This document shows positions 43,131 to 53,032 of a stretch of 64,000 nucleotides of DNA, in pieces. Numbering within the stretch: the stretch's first letter is position 1; every line of letters starts with the position of its first letter. The DNA lies in assembly GCA_963836185.1 (NCBI GenBank), contig CAWIIQ010000003.1, forward strand, positions 320,001 through 384,000, read 5' to 3'. The notes below the pieces were generated by a model that did not search any database, was not told the DNA's origin, and saw only the letters and a program-made list of their open reading frames with translations. The translations under genes and the position numbers were made by a program. The DNA comes from Candidatus Krumholzibacteriia bacterium. GTDB lineage: Bacteria; Krumholzibacteriota; Krumholzibacteriia; Krumholzibacteriales; Krumholzibacteriaceae.

Positions 43131-43970
43131 ATGAAAGGTCTTAAACTCATAGCGATGATAGTGGTCCTCGCCCTCGCGGGTTCGGTCGCAGTCCCCGGCG
43201 CAGTGGTCGCCGAGGAGAAGATAATCATCGACGGTTCGACGACTGTCGGCCCGATCGCCAAGGCGTTCGCCGAGTACTACATGTCGAAGAACAAGGACGT
43301 CAACATCACGGTCAGCGAATCGGGCAGCGGCAACGGCGCCAAGAGCCTGATCAACGGGATGTGCGACATCGCCGACATGTCACGTTTCATGAAGGACAAG
43401 GAATTCGCCGCGGCGGTCGAGAAGGGCCGCATCCCGGTGGCGCACGTAGTAGCCATCGACGGTATCGTAATGATCGTCCACCCGAGCAACCCGGTAAAGG
43501 GGCTCACCGTGGCGCAGGTCCGTGACATCTACATGGGCAAGATCACGAACTGGAAAGAGATCGGCGGACCGAACGTCGATATCGTGATGATAAGCCGCGA
43601 CACGAACAGCGGCACCTACGAGACCTTCGAGAATCTCGTAATGAAGAAAGAGAAGATCTTCGAGAAGGCAGAGTACGTCGGCAGCAACGGCGCGATCCGA
43701 CAGCGCGTGCAGAGCACTCCCGCCGCGATCGGCTATGTCGGCCTCGGCTTTGTCGACCGCAGCGTCAAGCCGCTCGATATCGACGGCGTAACGCCTGATA
43801 TGAACACGATCTCCTCCGGGATCTACCCGATCGCGCGGCCGCTGTTCATGTTCACCGACGGCTATCCGAAGCTCGGGACCCATCTCCATCGTTTCATCAC
43901 GCTCTACCTGTCCCCCAAGGGCCAGGAGATCGTCGAGGAGATCGGCTTTATCCCGGTAACAAAGTATTAA
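43131..43970 (+). CDS. pstS: Phosphate ABC transporter substrate-binding protein
   Basis: DGSTTVGP, SGSGNG, DIADMSR, SRDTNSGTYE and YPIARPLF. Confidence 0.95.
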   Translation: MKGLKLIAMIVVLALAGSVAVPGAVVAEEKIIIDGSTTVGPIAKAFAEYYMSKNKDVNITVSESGSGNGAKSLINGMCDIADMSRFMKDKEFAAAVEKGRIPVAHVVAIDGIVMIVHPSNPVKGLTVAQVRDIYMGKITNWKEIGGPNVDIVMISRDTNSGTYETFENLVMKKEKIFEKAEYVGSNGAIRQRVQSTPAAIGYVGLGFVDRSVKPLDIDGVTPDMNTISSGIYPIARPLFMFTDGYPKLGTHLHRFITLYLSPKGQEIVEEIGFIPVTKY

Positions 43971-44008
43971 CCCAGGGGACGAAAGGTCCATGCAGGGAAC
44001 CGGCTGTT

Positions 44009-45171
44009 ATGAATGACAGGATCGTCGAACACACCGAATCAGATATTCGCAGCCGGTTGCTTATGAGCAGGGGTGCCCAGCGCCACAGGCGACTGGGTAC
44101 CCTTGCCGGTAATACAGTCCTGATCACGATAGCGTCGAGCTCACTGATCGCTCTTCTCTTTATCTTCTACTTCATAGTCAAGGATGCCATTCCCTTCTTT
44201 CAGATCGAGGGGATCAAAGAGTTTTTCACGAGCTCCCGCTGGTATCCTTCGAGGGAAGACGCGGAGTTCGGCGCCCTGGCGATATTCGTCGGGAGCGCGC
44301 TTGTCACGCTCGGGGCGATCGTCGTTGCGGTGCCGATGGGCGTGCTCGCAGCACTTTGTCTCAGCGATATCCTTCCCTTCTCGGTCCGCCAGGTCGTCAA
44401 GCCGGTGATCGAGATGCTCGCGGCGATCCCCTCGGTCGTTTACGGATTCTTCGCGCTCGTCGTTTTCGCCCCGCTCCTGCAGGAGAAGGGCGGCGGGATG
44501 CTGTCGGTCGGGGCGATGATCGTGCTCGTGCCGCTATCATCTGATCGGGATCGGTGTTGCGAGCGATCTCGATCGGAACGAGATTCAAAGAGAGCAGGCG
44601 CGGAATCGCGAAGATCGCTTCCGCAGCCGTCATGGCAGCCGTCATCGCGCTGGGGCTCTGGCAGATCAGCAGTTTCCTCGGCGGCCTGAAGATAGGCAGC
44701 GGCACAAACGCGCTCAACGCCTCGATTATTCTCGGCATCATGGCGCTGCCCACCGTGGTCAGCGTATCGGAGGATGCTCTGAACGCTATCGGCAGGGAGC
44801 TGCGCGAGGGAAGCTACGCCCTCGGAGCCACGCGGGCGGAGACTCTACTGAAAGTCGTACTGCCGGCGGCAAAGAGCGGAATACTAGCCGCGGTCATTCT
44901 GGGCGTCATGCGGGCCATCGGCGAGACGATGGTCGTCTGGATGGCCTCGGGCAACGCCGCGAGGATACCCCAGCCGATATTCAACTACCTCGAGCCGATA
45001 AGGACGCTGACGGCGACGATCGCCGGGGATATGGGCGAGGCCGATCACGTTACAGGCTCGGCGAGGTATCACGTACTCTTCGCGATGGCGTTCTGCCTGC
45101 TCGTCTTCGCGTTCGTATCGAATCTTGTCAGCGAGATGATCCTGAGAAGATCGAGAAAGAAGCTGGGCTGA
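44009..45171 (+). CDS. pstC: Phosphate ABC transporter permease PstC (frameshift near 44540)
   Basis: EMLAAIPSVVYG, EGSYALGAT.AET, MRAIGETMVV and TLTATIA..MGE. Confidence 0.92.
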
Positions 45172-45172
45172 T

Positions 45173-46519
45173 ATGGAACTGAGGACTCGCAGGATGCTCG
45201 ACAGGTCATTCACCGCGATAGGCGTGATCGCTATCGTGCTGATGGCGGTGTCCCTCGTCATCCTGCTGCAGCCGATCGTCTGGCGGGGAGCGGGCGCCTT
45301 TATCTTCAGGGAGACAGTTGAGAACAGGAAGCTCAACCTCGATCATTTCGGACGCGGAAGCCGCGCGAAACTCGAAATAGACATCACGGAGACCGAGGCG
45401 GCCAGGAAGCCGGTCTATGACATGCTTGCAATGTTCGATGCGGAGATGGAGGAGGGTGGGTCTGCATTCAGGAGACAGTATCGAAGCGAATACTCTGAGT
45501 TCCGGGAGATGCTGGCCGAACTCCTCGGGCCTTTTCCCGGCGACAGGGAGCCGGTCCTCATACGCGACCAGTACGGCCAGACGAGGTGGGACAGGACGCA
45601 GGTAAAACTTCACCAGATATTATTTGTCGAGGAATACGACTACTCCGATCCTGACCGGATGGGCGTGAAGATCGAAAAGCCCAGGTCCGCACTGTTCGAA
45701 TCGACATCACTCGCACCCCTTTTCGTGTATCTCGAAGATAACATAGAGCAGATGATGCGCCCGAAGATGACATTCTACTGGCGTTTTCTCTTCGACGAAT
45801 CAAAGGACGCGCATTTCTTCGGCGGGATCTGGCCCGAGATGCTCGGGACCTTCTACCTCGCCTTCGGCGCCATGCTCTTTGCTGTGCCTCTCGGGATAAT
45901 CACCGCCATATACCTTGCCGAGTACGCCGGAACGGGAAGGTTCGTGAGCCTGCTGCGCACATGTATCAGCTCGCTCGCGGGAGTGCCGAGTATCGTATTC
46001 GGCCTCTTCGGTCTCGCCTTCTTTATAAATACGATGGGTTTGGGGAACGGGAAGAGTGTTCTGGCTGGATCGCTGACGCTCGCCTTCCTCGTGCTCCCGA
46101 CAGTGATCCGCGCCTCCGAGGAAGCGATCCTCGCAGTGCCGCGTATATACAAGGAAGCGGCGATGAGCCTGGGCGCGGGTAAATGGCATACGATAATCTC
46201 TGTGATACTTCCGGCGGCGCTTCCGGGGATCCTGACGAGCATAATCATCAGTCTCGGCAGGGCTGCCGGCGAAACGGCGCCTATCATATTCACGGCAGCC
46301 GTCAGTGTGGGGAGGCCGCTTGCCTTCTGGCAGACGCTCAGCCAGCCCTCCCCGGCCCTGTCGTGGAATATCTACAATCTCGCAACCGAGCACGAGGCAG
46401 TCGACGAGATCCGCCACGTTCAGTACGGGATGGTGTTGACCCTCGTATCGATGGTCCTCCTCCTCAACCTGGCAGCGGTCATAATGAGGGCCCGCATATC
46501 GAAGAGATTGAGAAGCTGA
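45173..46519 (+). CDS. pstA: Phosphate ABC transporter permease PstA with a large soluble insertion
   Basis: GGIWPE..GT, AIYLAEY, LAGVPSIVFGLFG and GRAAGETAP. Confidence 0.93.
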   Translation: MELRTRRMLDRSFTAIGVIAIVLMAVSLVILLQPIVWRGAGAFIFRETVENRKLNLDHFGRGSRAKLEIDITETEAARKPVYDMLAMFDAEMEEGGSAFRRQYRSEYSEFREMLAELLGPFPGDREPVLIRDQYGQTRWDRTQVKLHQILFVEEYDYSDPDRMGVKIEKPRSALFESTSLAPLFVYLEDNIEQMMRPKMTFYWRFLFDESKDAHFFGGIWPEMLGTFYLAFGAMLFAVPLGIITAIYLAEYAGTGRFVSLLRTCISSLAGVPSIVFGLFGLAFFINTMGLGNGKSVLAGSLTLAFLVLPTVIRASEEAILAVPRIYKEAAMSLGAGKWHTIISVILPAALPGILTSIIISLGRAAGETAPIIFTAAVSVGRPLAFWQTLSQPSPALSWNIYNLATEHEAVDEIRHVQYGMVLTLVSMVLLLNLAAVIMRARISKRLRS

Positions 46520-46536
46520 GTCATTAAACGAAGAAT

Positions 46537-47391
46537 ATGAATCGGAAGGATGAAAAGACGATGTCACAGGTAGCGGAAAGGACCGGCGGGGTAGCACTCG
46601 GAATCACTGAGTTCCGGGATAATCCGCTGACGGACAGGCGGCCGTTGATCGGATCGAAAAAATTCTCCATCTACTATGGCGATAACGCTGCCGTGAAGGA
46701 TGTCTCGTTCGATATCCCGGAGGGACTGGTGACAGCTGTCATCGGGCCGAGCGGGTGCGGCAAGAGCACCTTCCTTCGGGCGATCAACAGGATGAACGAC
46801 CTGATCCCCGGTTGTCATGCGGAGGGAGAACTTACTCTCGACGGACAGGACCTCTACGCTCCCCAGGTTGACGTAGTATCCCTTCGTAAGATGGTCGGGA
46901 TGGTCTTCCAGAAGCCGAATCCTTTCCCGAAGAGCATATTCGATAATATCGCCTACGGGCCGAAGATCCACGGGACCAGCGACAGAAGAAGACTAGGTGA
47001 GATAGTCGAAAAGAGTCTCAGGCAGGCAGCATTGTGGGACGAGGTCAAGGACAGGCTCGACGACAATGCGCTCGGCCTCTCGGGAGGACAGCAGCAGAGG
47101 CTCTGCCTGGCCAGGGCGGTCGCGGTCAACCCTAAGGTCCTTCTTATGGACGAACCTGCATCGGCACTCGATCCGCGCTCCACTTCGAGGATAGAGGACC
47201 TGATCTCGGAACTGAGGGGCGAGTACACGATTGTAATTGTAACTCACAATATGCAGCAGGCAGCGAGAGTCTCCGACCTGACCGCCTTCTTCTACGAAGG
47301 ACACCTGATCGAGTACGGGGAGACAAAGCAGATATTCACCAATCCGGCGGAAAGGCAGACCGAGGATTATATAACGGGAAGATTCGGGTAA
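46537..47391 (+). CDS. pstB: Phosphate ABC transporter ATP-binding protein
   Basis: [48 protein letters not shown] and YITGRFG. Confidence 0.97.
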   Translation: MNRKDEKTMSQVAERTGGVALGITEFRDNPLTDRRPLIGSKKFSIYYGDNAAVKDVSFDIPEGLVTAVIGPSGCGKSTFLRAINRMNDLIPGCHAEGELTLDGQDLYAPQVDVVSLRKMVGMVFQKPNPFPKSIFDNIAYGPKIHGTSDRRRLGEIVEKSLRQAALWDEVKDRLDDNALGLSGGQQQRLCLARAVAVNPKVLLMDEPASALDPRSTSRIEDLISELRGEYTIVIVTHNMQQAARVSDLTAFFYEGHLIEYGETKQIFTNPAERQTEDYITGRFG

Positions 47392-47467
47392 TATCACGGA
47401 ACAGGCGATGCAACCGAAGAAATAAGTAATGTTCCGGGGCAACAGATATGATCAAGGGAGTGTAAAG

Positions 47468-48133
47468 ATGTCAAAACACATACTCAGAGAGATCGCCGCT
47501 TTGAAGAAGGAGATACTGGCTCTCGGAGCGGCGGCCGAAGAGATCCTGTATAAGGCTATGAAATCGCTCGAAGAGCGGGACAAGGCACTGGCTGAGCAGA
47601 TCATGAAGGAGGATGCCGACATCGACCAGATGGAGGTGGAGATCGAGGAAGACTGTCTGAAGGTTCTGGCCCTTCACCAGCCTGTCGCGCGCGATCTTCG
47701 GCTGATCATAGCTATCCTGAAGATCAACAACGATCTCGAGCGGGTCGGCGACCTTGCGGTCAATATTGCCGAAAGGGCGGCCTTTCTCGCGACGAAGGAG
47801 AAGGCCGAGATCCCGGCCGACTTCATGAAGATGTCCGAGATCTCGAGGGACATGCTCAAGAAGAGCCTCGATGCACTCGTAACCGAGGATACTGCACTGG
47901 CGCACAAGGTCTGCGGGATGGACGACGCTGTCGACGCGATCAACCGCGAGATGTACATCCTCATACAGAACGAGATAAAGAGGGATCCTTCGAAGATGGA
48001 GAACCTGATACATCTGCTCTCCGTTTCGAGGCATCTCGAGAGGGTCGCCGATCTGGCGACTAACATCGCGGAAGATGTGATCTACATGATCGATGGAGAG
48101 ATCGTCCGGCACAAGGTGGAGGACTACAGGTAG
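47468..48133 (+). CDS. phoU: Phosphate signalling complex protein PhoU
   Basis: QPVARDLR, DLERVGDLAVNIA and LERVADLATNIAEDVIY. Confidence 0.96.
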   Translation: MSKHILREIAALKKEILALGAAAEEILYKAMKSLEERDKALAEQIMKEDADIDQMEVEIEEDCLKVLALHQPVARDLRLIIAILKINNDLERVGDLAVNIAERAAFLATKEKAEIPADFMKMSEISRDMLKKSLDALVTEDTALAHKVCGMDDAVDAINREMYILIQNEIKRDPSKMENLIHLLSVSRHLERVADLATNIAEDVIYMIDGEIVRHKVEDYR

Positions 48134-48144
48134 GGGAATGATCT

Positions 48145-48168
48145 ACTCCCGGCACCGGGAGTGGTTTT
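48145..48168 (+). terminator. Intrinsic terminator after phoU
   Basis: ACTCCCG-GCAC-CGGGAGT followed by GGTTTT. Confidence 0.55.
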
Positions 48169-48304
48169 CGTGCTCAGGAGATAGATCGATCATAGAAGTG
48201 GCAGATAATTTACCGTCACCGGTGGCGGTAAAAATCCTTGCATCTGATTCGTGAAATGTTTCTATCCTGCTGTATTCCCGCAACGCTGAAGTCTCCGGGG
48301 CTCA

Positions 48305-49711
48305 CTATTTCAGCAGTACGATCTTCCGGACGGCCGTCATCCGTCCAGCTTCATCCTGACAAAATATACTCCCGATGACGCCGCGCGGCCCGCGTCGGTG
48401 GCGCCGTTCCATATGGCCTCGTGAGACCCCGCCTGGTAATGTCCCGCCGCGAGGGTCCTTATCCTCCTGCCTGCCGCGTCGTAGATCGTCAGTTCGACCG
48501 TGCCGTTCTTTTCCAGCGAGAAGGGAACGGTCGTCGCCGGGTTGAACGGGTTGGGATAGTTGGCGCCGAGCGAGACGGCTGGGGGGAGCTCCACCGATGA
48601 GAATGCCGGTTCGCTGAAGCAGATCTGGAACGGGGGCAGCCCCGTGCTCTTCAGCGAGGGTGTGATCAGCGTATCTGCCGACGTATCCCAGATCCATATC
48701 CCTGGCGCCGTCTCGGTCTGGTCGGCGACGAAGAGCTCTCCGTCGGGAGAGATCTCTATGTCGTTGAGGACCCAGCCGGGTGGTGAGTATATCGGCGGCC
48801 CCGCTGTCCCGGCCGATGGGTCGAAGGGGACGATGTCGGTCGTAAAGGACGGGGTTGCGAGGATAAGGTACCCCTTGTCCGCTGAAAGTATCTCGAACTC
48901 GTTGATGTCTCCCCCTGCCGCGGACTCCGTTATCATGAATCCAAGGGAGCTCATCGTGACGGGATCGATCATCTCGATCCCGCCGTCGTTGAAACCCCAG
49001 AGCCCGGCACATCCAACCAGTATGGTGTACCCGTCTGAAGCGAATTTCAGGTCGGTGTAGGGGTTTGAAGCCGTCAGCGGAATCGCCTGCACACCGGGGC
49101 TTCCCGGGTCTACGTCTATCAGGGTGTCGGCTGCCGCGTCGATGACGGCGATATAGCTGTCCCCGACAGGCATCCAGTAGTTGTTGCGGTCGATCCTCTG
49201 TATCGACACAAATAGGATGCCGTCCTTGATCAGCATGTGGTCCATCTCGCATAGCCCGTCGCCGTCGGCGAAGCCTGAAAGGTCGATCGTGCCGAGATGC
49301 GTTCCCGTCGAAGGATTCATGATGAGCAGGTCGTTCGAATCGTACCTCGATACGAATGATCTTGCCGGGTGAGACGAAGGCGATATCCTTAGGATTGGTC
49401 CCGTTTCCCGCAGAATGCTGTGACAGCGTCGAGAAACCGTCCTCCGGATCGAGTATCTGGATATTGTCCGCTCCTGCCCTGTTGATGACGTATACCAGCC
49501 CGCCGTGCCATCTCGCCACCGCGTCGCTGTGTATCGGAGCGACGCAGATGTCGGTCGTATAGCCCGGATCGAGCCAGATGACCGAAGCGCAGCCTGAGGA
49601 GTAGTCGGTCGTCGTGATGAACGCGAACTCCGTTGCGGTTACCGTGGAAAAGAGGATAGTTGACGCGGCTATGATGGTTGCCGCGAATAATGCTGCGTGC
49701 CGGATCTTCAT
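48305..49711 (-). CDS. Secreted YncE/BtuG-like beta-propeller protein with T9SS-A/FlgD-type CTD (frameshifts near 49360 and 48340)
   Basis: Sec signal without a lipobox; propeller-like blades (YVINR..ADNI.ILD, TNPKDIAFV, IAVID, GGIEMID); ANYPNPFNP...SGVYFVRM...VRKIVLLK; 14 bp downstream of btuB. Confidence 0.75.
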   Translation of the reverse strand: MKIRHAALFAATIIAASTILFSTVTATEFAFITTTDYSSGCASVIWLDPGYTTDICVAPIHSDAVARWHGGLVYVINRAGADNIQILDPEDGFSTLSQHSAGNGTNPKDIAFVSPGKIIRIEVRFERPAHHESFDGNASRHDRPFRLRRRRRAMRDGPHADQGRHPICVDTEDRPQQLLDACRGQLYRRHRRGSRHPDRRRPGKPRCAGDSADGFKPLHRPEIRFRRVHHTGWMCRALGFQRRRDRDDRSRHDELPWIHDNGVRGRGRHQRVRDTFSGQGVPYPRNPVLYDRHRPLRPIGRDSGAADILTTRLGPQRHRDLSRRRALRRRPDRDGARDMDLGYVGRYADHTLAEEHGAAPVPDLLQRTGILIGGAPPSRLARRQLSQPVQPGDDRSLLAGKERHGRTDDLRRGRQEDKDPRGGTLPGGVSRGHMERRHRRGPRGVIGSIFCQDEAGRMTAVRKIVLLK

Positions 49712-49725
49712 CTGTGTTTCTCCTG

Positions 49726-51861
49726 TCAGTTGCTGTATCCGATAGTCGCGAAAAGCGTCCTGCCCGGCAGGGGGAATCCGCTTACGTCGTATATCCGCTC
49801 GTCACTGAGGTTGTGTCCCTCGAGCGACAGCGAGATCCCGTGCGCGGGGGACCGGAGCACGAGGATAAGGTCATGTATCTTTCTCTCTCCCGACCGGGCG
49901 AGGTTCGCCCTGTCGAGGTAGTTGCTTCCCATGTAATGGAATTCCCATGTAACGCTCCATCTCCTGCTGAAAAGCTCTGAGCTCAGAGATGCCTCGTCCC
50001 GCGGTCTTCCGGGCAACTCGTTCCCGTTGTAGTAGGGAATGGGGCTCGTATCCTTCGAATCGAGGCGCGTGTAATTTACAGACAGCCTCAGGTAATCCGC
50101 GATCAGCCCGGAGGCGGAGATCTCGAATCCGCGTATCGATGCAGACCCGATATTTCTCGGCTTGACCGTGTGCTTGGAGTTCTGGAAGAAGAGGATCAGG
50201 TCATCCATCTCGTTGTCGAGGTAGACCGCTTCGAAGCGCGGACGTTCGATCTTCCAGAGCCGCTTTCCGGAGCAGACGATTCCGATATCCCTGTTCGTTC
50301 CTCTCTCGGGCCCGAGGTCGGGTGAACCGGTCACCGTTCCCGAGTTGCCGAACATCTCGTAGAAGGTCGGGAGCCGGTAATGCTTTCCCCAGTTTCCCTT
50401 GATCGTGATCCAACGCGCGGGAAAGGCCCTGAATCCAGCTGAAGGTGTCGTCTCATCCCGTTCGACCGGACCCTGCTCGATCGGGGGGAGCCAGGGGAAA
50501 TTCGGTTCATCATAGAACTCGCTGCGGCTCCATTCGCGTCTCAGTCCACCTGAGACAAAGAGGATCTCACTGACCACGGCGAGCTCACCGGAGGCGGAGG
50601 CAGTGACAGTGCTCCGCTTGCGCTCAGGCCCTTCTGATGGATAGGGCAGGAGGTCGCCTGGCCGGAAACTCTCGCCGCGTCCCTCGAAAAACGCCTCTAT
50701 CGAAAGCCTGGCGGCAGGCACGAACATTCTCGACCGGATGTTGCCGCCGGCTGAGACGATACGGTTGTCGGTCGACTGGCGCAGGAGACCTATATCCCCG
50801 TGGGGGTCGTCAAAGCGGTCGGCCGTCCATGAATAGAACGCTGTGCCGTCGAGATGGATCTTCCTTCCGGCCAGTGGTGACGGTTTGAGTTTCAGGTAGC
50901 CTATGCGTCTCTCGCGCTCAGAGCGCGCCGTTGACGACTGGTTCGAGCCTATCCCGGGGATCCCGCCCTCTCGGGACACCATGCTGAAGTTGAGGGAGAG
51001 GTCATCGAATCCACGCAGCGCAGCTCCGAGTTTCCCCGCGGCGTTCCATCTTGTGAAGTCACTGTTCATGCGCAGCGCCTCGGTATCGTCCCCGGGGTTC
51101 ATGGGAGTCCCGTTGTCGTCGGTGAACGGGTAGTCGCCCATCGACTCGAGATACCCTCCGCTGAGACGGAGGGCGAGAGGGGAGGATGGTGTTCTCACCG
51201 CCGCCGTAAGTCTACGCGTCCCGAACGATCCTGCCGAGCCGTGAGCCTGGAGCCAGGATCCATCGCCTCCATGTGCGGCCGTAACAAGGTTGACCGTACC
51301 GCCGATCGACGATCCGCCGAATCCGGTCGGGCTCGCGCCGCGATATATCTCTATCCTGTCGAGGCCGCCAGTCGAGATGTCGTTGAGGTCGGTTACCCCC
51401 GAATGAGGGTCGTTGAGCGGGACTCCATCGAGGTAGAACCGTACCTGGGAAGACGATGAGCCGCGTATGGACATCGTGGCGAACGAGCCCAGGCCGCCTT
51501 CCCGCCCCACATGTACGCCTACAGACCTTGCAAGGATAGAGGCGGTATCCTCGACCCTGTGGCGGCGCGACGAGAGGTTCACGACGGCGGAGAAACCGCT
51601 TCTGCTCATGATGTCCTCTTCGGGACCGATACGATCGGCCTCGACGAGGATCTCCGGCGCCCAGAAGAGGGTGTCGAGAATCCCTTCCCTTGAGGCTGGA
51701 GAATCGCCTGCGGCTTTTTTCGATGCGGCTGGAGATGTCTCAGACTTTTTTGATGTGGCGGAGCCGGGCGCCGGTGTCAGCACAGATATGGCGATGCATG
51801 CTGCAAGGCAAAGCATGGCCGCAGGTGCGGCGCCGCGGATTCTCGGCGATCGAGGAAACAA
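49726..51861 (-). CDS. btuB: TonB-dependent receptor, BtuB-like cobalamin transporter
   Basis: GGAGG RBS then TTG at 51861; TonB-box-like EILVEA, plug SIRGSSSSQV...DGVPLN, RIEIYRG...GGTVNL; barrel ending NL.D..Y...GFPLPGR; preceded by a cobalamin riboswitch. Confidence 0.85.
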   Translation of the reverse strand: MFPRSPRIRGAAPAAMLCLAACIAISVLTPAPGSATSKKSETSPAASKKAAGDSPASREGILDTLFWAPEILVEADRIGPEEDIMSRSGFSAVVNLSSRRHRVEDTASILARSVGVHVGREGGLGSFATMSIRGSSSSQVRFYLDGVPLNDPHSGVTDLNDISTGGLDRIEIYRGASPTGFGGSSIGGTVNLVTAAHGGDGSWLQAHGSAGSFGTRRLTAAVRTPSSPLALRLSGGYLESMGDYPFTDDNGTPMNPGDDTEALRMNSDFTRWNAAGKLGAALRGFDDLSLNFSMVSREGGIPGIGSNQSSTARSERERRIGYLKLKPSPLAGRKIHLDGTAFYSWTADRFDDPHGDIGLLRQSTDNRIVSAGGNIRSRMFVPAARLSIEAFFEGRGESFRPGDLLPYPSEGPERKRSTVTASASGELAVVSEILFVSGGLRREWSRSEFYDEPNFPWLPPIEQGPVERDETTPSAGFRAFPARWITIKGNWGKHYRLPTFYEMFGNSGTVTGSPDLGPERGTNRDIGIVCSGKRLWKIERPRFEAVYLDNEMDDLILFFQNSKHTVKPRNIGSASIRGFEISASGLIADYLRLSVNYTRLDSKDTSPIPYYNGNELPGRPRDEASLSSELFSRRWSVTWEFHYMGSNYLDRANLARSGERKIHDLILVLRSPAHGISLSLEGHNLSDERIYDVSGFPLPGRTLFATIGYSN

Positions 51862-51947
51862 GTCAATCCTCCTGCAGCCCGGCGGAATCGCTCCGCCACG
51901 GGCAGGCAGTCCTCGATGATCGGAAAATGGAAACTTATCAGGAGGGC

Positions 51948-51986
51948 AAGAAAAACCCTCCGCCTCGTGGTGCGAGAGCGGAGGGT
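51948..51986 (-). terminator. Riboswitch expression platform: intrinsic terminator
   Basis: Minus strand ACCCTCCGCTCTCGCACCACGAGGCGGAGGGT followed by TTTTCTT, between the aptamer and the btuB start. Confidence 0.75.
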
Positions 51987-52039
51987 ATAAACTACCTCTC
52001 CCTATCCTCTCAATCCTCGAAGAGGGCCAGGGAACAAAT

Positions 52040-52146
52040 CCTCCAGGCAGGTATCCTGACTTACGGCTCCGGGGCCGATCACAGTGGCGGGTCCGTGAGG
52101 GATTCTCACCCTCTTCCCTTTTCATCCCCGATGGGACGCCTGAAGT
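52040..52146 (-). ncRNA. Cobalamin riboswitch (compact, class-II-like)
   Basis: Minus strand CAGGCGTCCC-ATC-GGGGATG AAAAGGGAA GAGGG-TGAGAAT-CCCTC ACGGACCC GCCACTG TGAT CGGC-CCCGGA-GCCG TA AGTCAGGATACCTGCC TGG: AGGGAA, T-loop, GCCACTG and B12-box elements in canonical order. Confidence 0.92.
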
Positions 52147-52162
52147 TATTTCATGTGGCCGG

Positions 52163-52192
52163 AGTCTACCCCGCTCCACGGAAAGGTGTCAA
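52163..52192 (-). promoter_or_regulatory. Sigma70 promoter of the B12 operon
   Basis: Minus strand TTGACA, 18 bp, TAGACT, immediately upstream of the riboswitch. Confidence 0.65.
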
Positions 52193-52256
52193 TACGTATT
52201 CGCCGGGGCGGGTCCTCGCAGCCTCCTTTGTCTGTCTTTTCCGGATGACGGACAGC

Positions 52257-52922
52257 CTATTCGGTCTTGTCTTCCGCCGCCTTTTTCAGCTTGTCGTTTG
52301 CCATGATCGCTATTTCGACCCTGCGGTTCTCCTGCCTGCCCTCGATCGTGGAGTTGTCGGCGACAGGCTGCGCTTCGCCGTATCCCATTATCGTAAAGCG
52401 CGTTACAGAGACCTGACTTGTCGACAGCTGGCTCGCGACCGACTCGGCCCGCCTTTCTGAAAGCTCGAGATTATACACATCGGTGCCAGTGGCATCTGTG
52501 TGCCCCTCGATGAGGATGTCGGTGTCCTCATACTTGTTCAGTATGACGGAAAGGTCGGCGAGGTTCTCCTGCGCTTCGGTGCGCAGACTGGCCTTGTCGA
52601 AGTCGAACATTATCCCGGAATCGAAGGTGATCTTGATACCCTCGCCGACTCTCTCGACTGTCGCGCCCTCGATGTCACGTTCGATCTCCTCGGCCTGATT
52701 GTCCATATAGTTGCCTATGTAGGCGCCTGCCGCTCCTCCTATCGCCGCGCCGAGGATAGCCCCGAGAGCAGTGTTGCCGTGCTGATGCCCGATCGCGGCG
52801 CCGACAGCTCCGCCCGCCGCCGCTCCCGTCGCCGCTCCCTTCTGGGATCGCGACCAGCCGGAACAGCCGTAAAGCGCGAAAGAGACCGTAATGACCAGAA
52901 TGATCGCTGTTAATTTCTTCAT
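52257..52922 (-). CDS. OmpA-family lipoprotein with glycine zipper (YiaD-like)
   Basis: Lipobox LYGC; GAATGAAAGGAVGAAIG; IEGHTDATG...N..LS.RRAESV and NRRVEI. Confidence 0.92.
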   Translation of the reverse strand: MKKLTAIILVITVSFALYGCSGWSRSQKGAATGAAAGGAVGAAIGHQHGNTALGAILGAAIGGAAGAYIGNYMDNQAEEIERDIEGATVERVGEGIKITFDSGIMFDFDKASLRTEAQENLADLSVILNKYEDTDILIEGHTDATGTDVYNLELSERRAESVASQLSTSQVSVTRFTIMGYGEAQPVADNSTIEGRQENRRVEIAIMANDKLKKAAEDKTE

Positions 52923-53032
52923 GGTTTTCCTTCCTGTGACATGTGCTTGTCAGCCTGGCCGATACGAGCTCCAGCAGACATCCGTCATCTCAGGGTCGAT
53001 TCTAATCGATGACCGGCCGTATGTAAAGGACC

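Noticed and set aside
270-49360. About 20 or more frameshifts in conserved genes (AKR, activase, M16, COG3014, amidase, ABC pair, GT4, LVIVD, cusA, pstC, propeller) read as pseudogenes or programmed frameshifting
   Set aside because: They are scattered single-base indels with intact motifs on both sides, no accumulation of in-frame stops and no shared slippery sequence. This fits uncorrected long-read error; read polishing would settle it.
51862-52179. 106-aa N-terminal extension of the TonB receptor ORF
   Set aside because: It overlaps the promoter, riboswitch and terminator; the TTG at 51861 has a GGAGG RBS and is followed by a signal peptide.
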